Positions 46,929-55,649 of a stretch of DNA of 64,000 nucleotides are shown here, piece after piece (the stretch's first letter is position 1; each line of letters opens with the position of its first letter). This DNA comes from a virus (Duplodnaviria > Caudoviricetes): the IMG/VR virus record IMGVR_UViG_2974749469_000001, positions 3,528 to 67,527 of that record; one strand, 5' to 3'. Position numbers and translations under genes: made by a program. The notes beneath the pieces were generated by a model, which saw only the letters and a list, made by a program, of their open reading frames with translations, did not search any database and was not told where the DNA came from.

Positions 46929-47810
46929 TCAGAACGCCGGACGACGCTTCCGGCCAGCGGACGCGGCGGCGGCCTTCTTGGCAGGGGCCTTCTTCGGCTC
47001 CGGCTCGGGCTCGGGCTCCGGGTCGTCCTCGGGCTCGTCGTCGGGGTCGTAGACGACCTCTTCCTCCTCGACGTCGGCGTCGATGTCGACCGGTTCCGAA
47101 TCGTCCTCCTCGGGGTCCTCGACGACCTCCTCCTCGACGCTGTCCGCGTCGTCGTCGACCACCCCTTCCTCGATGTCGGCGTCGTCGACGTCGATGACCT
47201 CGGTGTCGTCGATGTCCACGTCATCATCGTCGACGGCGGTGCCCGGGACCTCGTGGTCGGCCGGGTGGACGTCGTTGATGCGCAGCGAGCGCACGTTCTC
47301 GACCTTCACCTTGCCGTCGGCGCCCTTGGACTTGCGCTTGTAGTTGTCGTCGCGAGCGGAGACGACGACCGGCAGGCCCTTGAACTTCTTGCCGGACACG
47401 ACGAGGTTGCCGATCTTCAGGATCTTCTCGCCCTTGTCGTCCATGATCGCGTCGCCACCCCAGAACTTCGAGCGCAGCGAGGTATCACCGGCGATCGCGT
47501 CGAGCAGCCGGTTGATCCGGCCGACGAACAGGTCGGCGTTCTCGTCGCCCATGCTCTCGGGGATCACGATGCGCTCGAAGATGGCGTAGCCGTTGTACTT
47601 CGAGACCGGATCGTCCTTCGGAGCGTCGAACTCGACGACCGCGACCAGCAGATCCTTGTCCTTGGCCTTGTTCGGCTTGATGGACAGGTTTCGCACTTTC
47701 GCGCGGTAGATGCCCCGCGGGGGCACCTCGCCGACGTACTGACTGAATCCGGCGGTGGCTTCGACCTTTGCGGCCTCCGCACCGATTTTCAGCTTGAGCT
47801 TTGTGGCCAT
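46929..47810 (-). CDS. ssDNA-binding protein-like, acidic tail then basic KKAP tail
   Basis: PPRGIYRAKV N-domain, D/E-rich run; next to Sak4-like and RecB-like genes. Confidence 0.7.
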   Translation of the reverse strand: MATKLKLKIGAEAAKVEATAGFSQYVGEVPPRGIYRAKVRNLSIKPNKAKDKDLLVAVVEFDAPKDDPVSKYNGYAIFERIVIPESMGDENADLFVGRINRLLDAIAGDTSLRSKFWGGDAIMDDKGEKILKIGNLVVSGKKFKGLPVVVSARDDNYKRKSKGADGKVKVENVRSLRINDVHPADHEVPGTAVDDDDVDIDDTEVIDVDDADIEEGVVDDDADSVEEEVVEDPEEDDSEPVDIDADVEEEEVVYDPDDEPEDDPEPEPEPEPKKAPAKKAAAASAGRKRRPAF

Positions 47811-47826
47811 TCTGGATTGTCTCCCT

Positions 47827-48606
47827 CTACTCCGAGCCGACGGCGTTCGACGACTCGATGATCTTCGTGATGTCGGCAAGCCCCTTGCCGACGGTCCGGC
47901 GGCCGAGAGCGTCGAAACGGTCCTTGGCCATCCACTTCTTGTTGGGTTGCCACTCGATGACGCGCATCGTCTGGACACCCTTCGTGGTCTTGACGGCGTC
48001 CATGTGCATGTAGCCGACCATGTGCATTTGAGCGGCGATCCAGTTCGCGACCTTGCCGTCGCGACCGTGGAAGTTCGGCATCCGCAGGCCTGGGTCGTCC
48101 TCGGCGAACATGGCGTGCGCGGTCCAGCAGACGTTCACCGGCAGGTCGTTGACCAGGGTGACGTAGCGCATGAGGCGCATCTGCTCCTCGCCGTACTCCT
48201 GGAGTTCGACCTTGTCGGGGTTGCGCTCATCGTCGGCCTCGACGTCGGCGTCGACGATGTCCCGGCGGATGTCGAGCTGGAGCTGTGTCCCGGTGTCAAT
48301 GCAGAGCCAGTCGAACGGGAACTTCGGGTCCCGGGTCGCGTCTTCGAGCCAGTTGTAGGCGTCGAGGAAGTTCGACCACTTCGGACAGCGCCAGACCTTC
48401 GAGTTGCCCGGGGCCTTCTTCGCCGAGATGGTGCCGTTCTCGATGCCGAGGATCAACGCCCGTTTCGCGCTGCCGAGGAAGCGGGTCTTGCCGATCCCCG
48501 GGTCCCCGTACAGCAGCATCGTGATGTTCTCGGTGTACTCCTGGATGTCGACGATGTCATCTGGGAGATCGAACCCCTTCAGATCGTCAGCAGTCGCCGT
48601 GGCCAT
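47827..48606 (-). CDS. AAA ATPase (Sak4-like recombinase)
   Basis: LLYGDPGIGKT, IDTGT, AKDR. Confidence 0.82.
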   Translation of the reverse strand: MATATADDLKGFDLPDDIVDIQEYTENITMLLYGDPGIGKTRFLGSAKRALILGIENGTISAKKAPGNSKVWRCPKWSNFLDAYNWLEDATRDPKFPFDWLCIDTGTQLQLDIRRDIVDADVEADDERNPDKVELQEYGEEQMRLMRYVTLVNDLPVNVCWTAHAMFAEDDPGLRMPNFHGRDGKVANWIAAQMHMVGYMHMDAVKTTKGVQTMRVIEWQPNKKWMAKDRFDALGRRTVGKGLADITKIIESSNAVGSE

Positions 48607-48656
48607 GTTCTCCTCTTGTCTGTGTTGACGTCAACCCTACCATATGGCGCCGGTGA

Positions 48657-49838
48657 TTAGAAGTCGCCGCGGCGTTCTTCGCGATGGGCCTCGTAGGGAT
48701 CGCGCACGTGATAGGCGACGGATTTGAGCAGCTCGGTGTCGCCGTCCTGCTCGTCGGCCAGGCACAGGTCGTAGAAGTCGCAGTCCCACGTGCAGTCGCG
48801 CGTCGGGTTCTTGTACAGCGGCAACAGGCCCTCGCGCATGGCGTTCATCGTCTGGATCTCGTCGGCGATGTGCTGAATCTGCTTCCGGCGCTCCTTCGAG
48901 GTCCGGTAGACCGGCTCCCGATGGAACCGCGGGCTCGGTTGCTTGTTGGAGACGTCGCCGAGCACCGTGAGTCCGTGCTCGTCGGCCTCCTCGATGAGAT
49001 CGGGCAGCTTCGACTTCTGAAGCTCCTTCTCCATCTCCGGCCCGATCGTCTCGACCCAGAGCTTCTCGCCCGATGCGGCCACCTCGCGCTTGGCGTGGTA
49101 CTCCATCAGCGCGGCGACGTAGTGTTTCTTCGTCGGCTTGTTCGTCGCGCGGCCCTGTTCGTCGACCGGCCGCTCATCCGGCGGGGCTTTCATCAGGAAG
49201 TTGTAGAGGATCCCCGACAGCCGCTCCCGGCCGGTGATCACTCCCTGACGCCGCAGGACGTTGTCGGCGACGGCCCAGTACCCGCCAGCCTGGTCGTCGA
49301 GCGGGAGGTGGTTGGTCTTGATCGAGCGGGCTGTCTTGTGGTCCCAGAGCCAGATCTTGCCGGTGCCGAGGTTGCGCGCGACGATGTCGAAGGTGCCGTG
49401 GAACTTGGCCACCGGGGTTCGATCGGCCGAGTTCCGGGGGATGCGGACACCGAAGGGCTGCTCGGGAGAGAGCACCTCCCACTCCTCGTCCTGACCGAAC
49501 TCAACGAGGTAGTTCTCCAGCATCGCCTCGCCGACGGCCTCGGCATCGAGCACGACGTGCTCCTGGTCGGCGTAGAGCGAGCCGGACATGATCTCGACCC
49601 GGACCAGCTCCATGACCCCCTGGCAGTACTCCTTCCAGGTCTCGATCGGATCGCGGCCGCGAGTGGTGCCCGGGATGTACCAGTGCTCGAAGGCGAGATG
49701 GATGCCGGTGCCGAACCACAGCGGGAGCTTCTTCCGGTTCGACTCCAGACCCTCGCGCCAGGCCCACCACCAGCGTTGCGGGCACCGCTTGAAGTCCTTG
49801 CGCTCGGACCCGCGGAGCAGGGGCAGGTCAGAGGTCAT
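48657..49838 (-). CDS. Cas4/RecB-like PD-(D/E)XK exonuclease
   Basis: CPQRWW, FGTGIH, GTFD...WDHKT, C.WDCDFYDLC. Confidence 0.85.
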   Translation of the reverse strand: MTSDLPLLRGSERKDFKRCPQRWWWAWREGLESNRKKLPLWFGTGIHLAFEHWYIPGTTRGRDPIETWKEYCQGVMELVRVEIMSGSLYADQEHVVLDAEAVGEAMLENYLVEFGQDEEWEVLSPEQPFGVRIPRNSADRTPVAKFHGTFDIVARNLGTGKIWLWDHKTARSIKTNHLPLDDQAGGYWAVADNVLRRQGVITGRERLSGILYNFLMKAPPDERPVDEQGRATNKPTKKHYVAALMEYHAKREVAASGEKLWVETIGPEMEKELQKSKLPDLIEEADEHGLTVLGDVSNKQPSPRFHREPVYRTSKERRKQIQHIADEIQTMNAMREGLLPLYKNPTRDCTWDCDFYDLCLADEQDGDTELLKSVAYHVRDPYEAHREERRGDF

Positions 49839-50178
49839 CGGCGATCTTCTTCAGCTCCCCGCGGGCCTGCGCGAGCGCGGCGCGGTATCGGATCTTCGCC
49901 GACTCCAGGCGCAAGTACGTCAGGTTGTTCATCTTCGGGTCACCGTCATCGATCAGGACCAGGTCCCCGAGGTTGAACGCCGGGTAGTCGTCCCCGTTCA
50001 GCTCCAGATCCGGAATCCGGGTCCAGGTAGCGGGGTCGATCCGATAGGCCCTGTCTTGCCACCAGAGATGCGACGGCGTTCCGGGGTGCAGCTCGTCGAG
50101 ATAGAGCATCTCGATCGTCGGCCACTCGAACTTGGGCCAGTGGCGGTTGTAGAGCGCGGGGATGCTGGAGTCAGTCAT
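49828..50178 (-). CDS. hypothetical protein
   Basis: Coupled ORF. Confidence 0.65.
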   Translation of the reverse strand: MTDSSIPALYNRHWPKFEWPTIEMLYLDELHPGTPSHLWWQDRAYRIDPATWTRIPDLELNGDDYPAFNLGDLVLIDDGDPKMNNLTYLRLESAKIRYRAALAQARGELKKIADDL

Positions 50179-50503
50179 CGTTCACCAGCCAGGTCTCGAC
50201 CACAATCATCACGATGCGGTCCTTGTTCAGCGCGAACACGGTCCCCTTCTCGCTGGAGTTCCCGTCCGCGATCGGGCCGATGTTGTACCAGTCGTCGTCC
50301 TGAGTGGTTCCGTCGACCTTCAGCGGGAGGACGTAGAGCAGACCCGGGACCGGGGTCCGCGGCTCCACCTCGTGCCCGATGACCTTGAAATGGTGTCCCC
50401 CAACACCGTTTTCGATGGTGATGGTCGAGAGGAGCGGCGAGACCCGGCCGATCAAGCCGGTGCTCCACTCCTGAACGCGAGGAGACAGGGACTTCTTGCC
50501 CAT
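50171..50503 (-). CDS. hypothetical protein
   Basis: ATG 50503 after GGAAAGGA; start uncertain. Confidence 0.6.
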   Translation of the reverse strand: MGKKSLSPRVQEWSTGLIGRVSPLLSTITIENGVGGHHFKVIGHEVEPRTPVPGLLYVLPLKVDGTTQDDDWYNIGPIADGNSSEKGTVFALNKDRIVMIVVETWLVNDD

Positions 50504-50540
50504 GTTAGTTTTCCTTTCCACAGCAGCGTCGTCGACGGTA

Positions 50541-50717
50541 TCAGGTCATCCGGACAGGGGTGGGGTTCTCCCGACCGCAGTCCAAGCAGACCCTGACCCC
50601 GAGATGCACGACCCCGGCGGGCTCACCGTTCACCGTCGCGGGGTTCGTGCGCAGGTACTTCACCTGGGTTCGGGGGTGCTTGCAGCGCCGGGATGCGCGG
50701 CGCTCGGCCCGGTTCAC
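50541..50717 (-). CDS. 58-aa Zn-ribbon-like protein (CKH...CLDC)
   Basis: Hand-translated, GTGA overlap; not in the ORF track. Confidence 0.6.
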   Translation of the reverse strand: MNRAERRASRRCKHPRTQVKYLRTNPATVNGEPAGVVHLGVRVCLDCGRENPTPVRMT

Positions 50718-51103
50718 TGCGCCACCGGCGGGAACGCGCCCCGGAACACGTGCCAGACGAGCCCGCCGTCCCGGATCGTCGCGATGTGGGACTCCATCGC
50801 CATGTAGACGTTCTCGTGCGTGTGGTCCCGAGTCCCCTCGATGAGCTGCACACAGCCGCGGATCCGCTCCTCGTGCAGCGGGTGGCCAGTGCCGCGGATC
50901 TCGATCGGAACGTACTCGAACGAGTCCGGGTGGGTTTCGACGATCATCCAGATGTCGATCATGGATACCGGGACTTGGCTGCCGATCGGGAACCGCTTCG
51001 TGGAGCTGAGATCAGCGGACAGGATGCCGACGACCGTCGCCCCTTCGACCTTGATCTGCTGGCTGTCCGTGATGGGGATGGTGAGCTTCCAGATGGTTCT
51101 CAT
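50714..51103 (-). CDS. conserved phage hypothetical protein
   Basis: TIWKLTIP...IRGTGH...LVWHVF pattern. Confidence 0.7.
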   Translation of the reverse strand: MRTIWKLTIPITDSQQIKVEGATVVGILSADLSSTKRFPIGSQVPVSMIDIWMIVETHPDSFEYVPIEIRGTGHPLHEERIRGCVQLIEGTRDHTHENVYMAMESHIATIRDGGLVWHVFRGAFPPVAQ

Positions 51104-51438
51104 TTGTCTAATCCTTCAGGGAGGGAAAGGGTTTCGGCGAGCTGCTCGACTCTTTCGGCCAGCTCGGGGCATTGTTCGCGAAGCCGCTCGATCGTGGTCT
51201 CGATGTCCCCGAAGAGCCCGGTGTTTCGCTTCCCGGGCTCTCCGTTCTTCTTGATCATGGGGCCACTGACCGTGAAATGTGTGAATCGCCGGATCGGGTC
51301 GCTCGGGTTCCGCTTCCGGTAGGTCAACCGACTCACGTGGAGGCGTTCAGGGATCAGGTCGCATCCGTGGTTGCCTCGAATCCGGGGCGCGTCGTAGACC
51401 CGGCATTCCGTGCTGGTGAGGTGTGTCTCGATCTTCAT
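51100..51438 (-). CDS. hypothetical protein
   Basis: ATG 51438, ATGA overlap with the helicase stop. Confidence 0.65.
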   Translation of the reverse strand: MKIETHLTSTECRVYDAPRIRGNHGCDLIPERLHVSRLTYRKRNPSDPIRRFTHFTVSGPMIKKNGEPGKRNTGLFGDIETTIERLREQCPELAERVEQLAETLSLPEGLDK

Positions 51439-53492
51439 GCGGCCTTCTCTCGGGTGATAGGGGTGAGCAGCGAGCGCACGAAGTTGACGCCGCGCTGCCC
51501 GTCGATGATGAGCTTGGTCAGTCGCTCGCGGCCGCCGGAGACGAACGCGATGTTCTCCTCGACGGTCTCCAGCGTGCGGAGATAGTGGATCGTGACCTGG
51601 TGCAGCCGGGAGACGCGGTGAATCCGGTCCTCCACCTGCTCCTGGTCGTCGGGAATCCACGTCTCGTCGAGGAACACGAGGTCGTCGGCCGCGTCGAGGG
51701 TCAGCGACACACCCCCGGCGTTGGTGTTGAGCAGGAACACCCGCGGGCCTCCGGCCTCCTGCCAGCGGTCCTTGTTCTCCTTCCGCTGGTGCTGCTTCAC
51801 CCCGCCGGTGATCTTCAGGACCGGGATGCCGAGCTTCACCAGCTCGCGCTCGTACATGTCGAGGATCGCGGTGAATTGGCTGGCCACGACGACCTTGCGC
51901 TCCTGGCCTTCCTCGTCGGGTTCCATCGAGGTGTGCTTGTTGATCCCGAGGCCGTCGAGGAACTCCACGAGCCAGTCGAACTTCACCGACGGCATCTTCG
52001 GCAGGAAGCGGTAGGCCTCCTCGCCCTCGGCGTCGAGGTAGGTCTCGACGTCGCCGTGGCAGATCGCGAACTGCTTCAGCCGGACCAGTTCGGCGAGCAC
52101 GCCGTTGGCGGTCAGCACGCCGGACTCCAGGATCGTCTCGGCCTCGTCGCGGATCTCGGCGTAGGCCTTCGCCTGCTTCGGGCTCATCGTGAGCCAGTGG
52201 CCGATCGGGCTGTGCTCGTCGGTGGTGCCGTCGTCGTAGGGCAGCGCGGTCCCGGCGTAGAGCTTCGGCGGGAGTTCCGGGTAGACCTCGGCCTTGGTGC
52301 GGCGCAGCATGATCGGAGCGATGTCCTCGTAGAACATCTTCACCTTCGTCTCGTCGAGACCGGCGATCTCCATGTTCGACTTCTGGTCCTTGATGTCGCC
52401 GAGCACGTGGAACCACTGCTGAGCCCAGGACCAGTAGGCGTGGTACTTGTCCGGATAGAGCCAGTTCAGGGTGCCCCAGAGGTTCTCCGGCTTCCCGCGG
52501 AACGGCGTGCCCGAGAGAGCGATCTTCAGGCCGTGCTCGGCGACCGGGATCATGCCCGCACCGGCGCGCACCTGGGTCTGGCTCTGGGGAGTCGCGGAGT
52601 GGCAGATCATGAATCGATGGCTCTCGTCGGCGACGAAGGCGCTCCACTCCCGCTCAAAGAGCATGGGGTACTTGCGATCCCACCAGCCGGGCTCCTTGAA
52701 CATGCCCATCTTGCCGGTCCGTTTGTGCTTGCGCCGGACCAGGCTCGGCTTCACCCACTCCGCGCGCAGCATCTCGATGTTCACGATGACCCACCGGCGC
52801 CGGTCGCCCGGCGGCGGGCCGAGACGGTCGAGGATGTTCCGGCGCGCGGGTCCGGTGCCCATCACCGCGATGACCTCGTCGCCGGGCACCCAGGTCTCCA
52901 GCTCGTCGGGCCAGGTGGTTGCCACGGCCGCCGAAGGAGCCGCGACGAGGATGTCTCCGACGATCCCTGAGCTGATCACCGCGCCGAGGGTCTGGAGCGT
53001 CTTGCCCAGGCCCGGCTGGTCAGCCAGGAGACCGCGGCGGGTGTGGGTGAGGAAGGCGATCCCGGCGCGTTGGTATGCGCGAGCCAGCTCGGCGATCTTC
53101 GGTGCGTGCTCGGCTACGGCCGGATCCAGTTCGGCGTCGCTGCTCGCGCTGGAGAAGTTCTTGATGTTGCCGAGCCGGTCGCTCTCCTCCCACGACCACT
53201 CGATGAGCCCCTCGGACGTCAGCAGGTTCTCACCGAAGACCCGGCGCAGCTCCTTGCAGTTCGTCAAGGTCAGCGGGAGAGAGCCGCCACCGGCGTCGAC
53301 ACCGACGGCACCCAGCTCTTTCAGCAGCTCACGGTATCGCTTGCTTCGAGCGGTGCCGGTCGGCCACCAGACGTCGATGGTGGAAGCGGAAGTGTCGTCA
53401 TCGGCGAGTTCGACCCAGACGTGTCCGTCTCGCAGAGCGGCGATTCGCTCGGCGGCTGCCGGACTGTCGGATTCGAGTTCGATGGCTCCCAC
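51435..53492 (-). CDS. SNF2-family DNA helicase
   Basis: LADQPGLGKT, VADESH, LSGTP, QVEDRIHR; GTG 53492. Confidence 0.9.
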   Translation of the reverse strand: MGAIELESDSPAAAERIAALRDGHVWVELADDDTSASTIDVWWPTGTARSKRYRELLKELGAVGVDAGGGSLPLTLTNCKELRRVFGENLLTSEGLIEWSWEESDRLGNIKNFSSASSDAELDPAVAEHAPKIAELARAYQRAGIAFLTHTRRGLLADQPGLGKTLQTLGAVISSGIVGDILVAAPSAAVATTWPDELETWVPGDEVIAVMGTGPARRNILDRLGPPPGDRRRWVIVNIEMLRAEWVKPSLVRRKHKRTGKMGMFKEPGWWDRKYPMLFEREWSAFVADESHRFMICHSATPQSQTQVRAGAGMIPVAEHGLKIALSGTPFRGKPENLWGTLNWLYPDKYHAYWSWAQQWFHVLGDIKDQKSNMEIAGLDETKVKMFYEDIAPIMLRRTKAEVYPELPPKLYAGTALPYDDGTTDEHSPIGHWLTMSPKQAKAYAEIRDEAETILESGVLTANGVLAELVRLKQFAICHGDVETYLDAEGEEAYRFLPKMPSVKFDWLVEFLDGLGINKHTSMEPDEEGQERKVVVASQFTAILDMYERELVKLGIPVLKITGGVKQHQRKENKDRWQEAGGPRVFLLNTNAGGVSLTLDAADDLVFLDETWIPDDQEQVEDRIHRVSRLHQVTIHYLRTLETVEENIAFVSGGRERLTKLIIDGQRGVNFVRSLLTPITREKAA

Positions 53493-53944
53493 TGGATCTC
53501 CCCGTCGTTCATGACCTCGAACAGGTGTTCGAGCTTTCGGATGTAGCTTTTCTTGCTCTCGGCGCCGGTGAACTGGAGGCCTGCCCAGATCCCGTTCAGC
53601 CGGGTGATCTCGTGTGCGGTCTCGATTCCTCGGCGTGCGCACAGTTGCCGGACCGGACACGACTCGCAGATCCGCATGGCCATCCGGTCCTGCTCTCGCA
53701 GTTCCTCGCGACCCTCGGGACCGGTGCGCTGGCGCTCCTGCATGTCCGGGATGAAGGCGTCGCCGAGCCCGCCGCACTGCGCGTCGGCGAGCCAGTCCTG
53801 GTGCTCGTCGGGCTCCGGCGGGATCACGAATACGGCGGCCGGTCGCGGTGGTCCGGAGGCCGGTTTCGGCTGGCCTTTGGCTGGTCGGGGGCCGTTCAGG
53901 ACGTTCGTCCCTCGGATGACGAGGGAGCCTCGACGGACCTTCAC
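53321..53944 (-). CDS. WhiB family transcription factor (2)
   Basis: AQC...CESCPVRQLC plus NGIWAG. Confidence 0.8.
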   Translation of the reverse strand: MKVRRGSLVIRGTNVLNGPRPAKGQPKPASGPPRPAAVFVIPPEPDEHQDWLADAQCGGLGDAFIPDMQERQRTGPEGREELREQDRMAMRICESCPVRQLCARRGIETAHEITRLNGIWAGLQFTGAESKKSYIRKLEHLFEVMNDGEIQWEPSNSNPTVRQPPSESPLCETDTSGSNSPMTTLPLPPSTSGGRPAPLEASDTVSC

Positions 53945-54105
53945 TCCTCGTCCATCCCGACGAACGCGGGCTCGCTGCGCTCGTGTTCGGAGTGGATGGG
54001 CACTCCGACCTCGGGATACCGGTTCTTGGCCTCCTGCTCGCTCTCGGCGCGCACGGAGTAGGTGGTGGTCTTGGTCTCCTGGACCTCGATCAAATACGTC
54101 TTCAC
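53941..54105 (-). CDS. small hypothetical protein
   Basis: YSVRAESEQEA motif; GTG 54105. Confidence 0.65.
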   Translation of the reverse strand: MKTYLIEVQETKTTTYSVRAESEQEAKNRYPEVGVPIHSEHERSEPAFVGMDEE

Positions 54106-54287
54106 TGGGTCTCCTTTGGGACAGGTTTCTCGACGATCCACTGTCGAGACATGCCGATCTGGTGGCACTTGTCGCACCCCTTGCCCGGTCGGTATCCGAA
54201 CCCCGAGAACACCATGACGTCGATCAGCTCTCCGGTGTGACCGCAGTTCGAGCACTGGCCGTGTGGAACGGCGACCAGATCGGACAC
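54102..54287 (-). CDS. small Zn-finger protein (CSNC...CDKC)
   Basis: Cys pairs; coupled. Confidence 0.65.
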   Translation of the reverse strand: MSDLVAVPHGQCSNCGHTGELIDVMVFSGFGYRPGKGCDKCHQIGMSRQWIVEKPVPKETQ

Positions 54288-54330
54288 GGATGATCCTCTC
54301 GTGCAGGGGTGACAGCCACGGTAGCGCGAG

Positions 54331-54456
54331 CTACAGGTGGTAGAAGTGGTTCGGGCTGACCAGGTAGTAGAACGACGGGATCCAGAGCAAGAAGCCGCCG
54401 AAGAGGACGTGCAGCACGGCCGAGTGACCGTGCTGCACGCGGGTGTAGTGGCTCAC
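54331..54456 (-). CDS. 41-aa membrane peptide (MSHYTRVQHGHSAVLHVLFGGFLLWIPSFYYLVSPNHFYHL)
   Basis: Hand-translated; GTGA overlap; not in the ORF track. Confidence 0.75.
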   Translation of the reverse strand: MSHYTRVQHGHSAVLHVLFGGFLLWIPSFYYLVSPNHFYHL

Positions 54457-54779
54457 GACTCGTCGTCCGTGTCGGCCGGTTCCTCGTCGACGGGCTCCTC
54501 GTCGGTGTCGTCGTCGAAGTAGGTCGGCGCCTCGTAGGTGTAGTCCGGGCCGGTGCGGGGAAGGTCGCCCATGTTCACCGGATCGGTGTTCGCGCCACCC
54601 CCGATGATGTCACCGTTGGTCGAGACGATCGGGGGCGGACACGGCGCCGAGCCGGTCGCGGTCTCGATCTGGCAGGGTCGGGCCGGAGCAGCGTCGGCGG
54701 GACCGGCCAGCACGGCGGCGATCGGGCCGAGCACGAAGACGGCGGCGGCGAGCAAGTAGATGGCGATGCGGGTTTTCAT
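54453..54779 (-). CDS. secreted/membrane-anchored protein
   Basis: Signal-peptide-like N-terminus, acidic tail. Confidence 0.75.
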   Translation of the reverse strand: MKTRIAIYLLAAAVFVLGPIAAVLAGPADAAPARPCQIETATGSAPCPPPIVSTNGDIIGGGANTDPVNMGDLPRTGPDYTYEAPTYFDDDTDEEPVDEEPADTDDES

Positions 54780-54821
54780 AGTGTCCTCCTGGACATTTCG
54801 GTGTGTCGGTCGTACTTATTC

Positions 54822-54850
54822 AGTGTAAGACTTGACGTCAATCAAGTCAA
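54822..54850 (-). promoter_or_regulatory. leftward promoter TTGACT-17-TACACT with TTGACGTCAA (54832-54841) in the spacer
   Basis: Reverse complement reads TTGACT TGATTGACGTCAAGTCT TACACT. Confidence 0.8.
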
Positions 54851-55182
54851 GCATTGGCGGCCTTTCCGTCCTTCCAGAACGGCTTGGCCCGTTCCACTTC
54901 GTGCCAGATTTTGATCCCCTGTAGCACCTCGATCGGCATCGCGTCGATAATCTCGCGGACCTTCTTGTTGGTGCCGACCCCTCGCTGACCGAGAAAACCG
55001 AGGAAGGCTCGGATGTCGTCGCTGTAGGCCTTTTCGAGCCCTCGACGCTCGATCTCTTCGGAGATCCCGGTGAGCACCATGTGCTCGACCGTCCCGGCGA
55101 CGTGCGCGTCCGGATCCTCGGTCAAGCTCTGCTGGAGGACGTTGAGTGCCTCGTCGTCGAGCGAGGTGTAGTTGCTGGTCAT
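54847..55182 (-). CDS. hypothetical protein
   Basis: Coupled ORF. Confidence 0.7.
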   Translation of the reverse strand: MTSNYTSLDDEALNVLQQSLTEDPDAHVAGTVEHMVLTGISEEIERRGLEKAYSDDIRAFLGFLGQRGVGTNKKVREIIDAMPIEVLQGIKIWHEVERAKPFWKDGKAANA

Positions 55183-55646
55183 CGGAGCACCGCCGACTGC
55201 GTGCCATGGTTCTGGTTGTCGACGACCCGGTCCTCGGTGACGAAGGTCTGGTCGAGGATGACGTCTCGGCCATAGAGGGTGATCAGGTCGTAGTGCCGGA
55301 ACGAGTACTCCTCGGCCGCACCGGCACCGACGTTCAGGTGGATCTCGCTGCCGTCCATGCTGATCTGGCGCAGCTCGGCGATCACGATCTTGACCGACAT
55401 CGAGTCGTCGCCGAAGCGCTTCGGGAAGCGGATGTACCGGCCGATGTCGCGGGCCATCAGCTCGCAGGCGTAGACCTGGACGGCGTTGTCGCCGAGCGAG
55501 CGCGCCGGTTCCTGGCGGGCGACCCAGCCACTACTCCGAGTGGTTGCCGCGGCTAACGTGACCGTCGAGTTCGGCCCGTCGAGGTTGTCCATCATGTTCA
55601 GTTCGTAGGCCATCCGGTCCTGGTCAGCCTTCTTCTTGCGTGCCAT
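55179..55646 (-). CDS. hypothetical protein
   Basis: 155 aa ORF. Confidence 0.7.
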   Translation of the reverse strand: MARKKKADQDRMAYELNMMDNLDGPNSTVTLAAATTRSSGWVARQEPARSLGDNAVQVYACELMARDIGRYIRFPKRFGDDSMSVKIVIAELRQISMDGSEIHLNVGAGAAEEYSFRHYDLITLYGRDVILDQTFVTEDRVVDNQNHGTQSAVLR

Positions 55647-55649
55647 GTG

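Noticed and set aside
48657-49838. Cas4-like nuclease as evidence of CRISPR
   Set aside because: No array or cas genes; it sits with Sak4-like and SSB genes as a phage recombination nuclease
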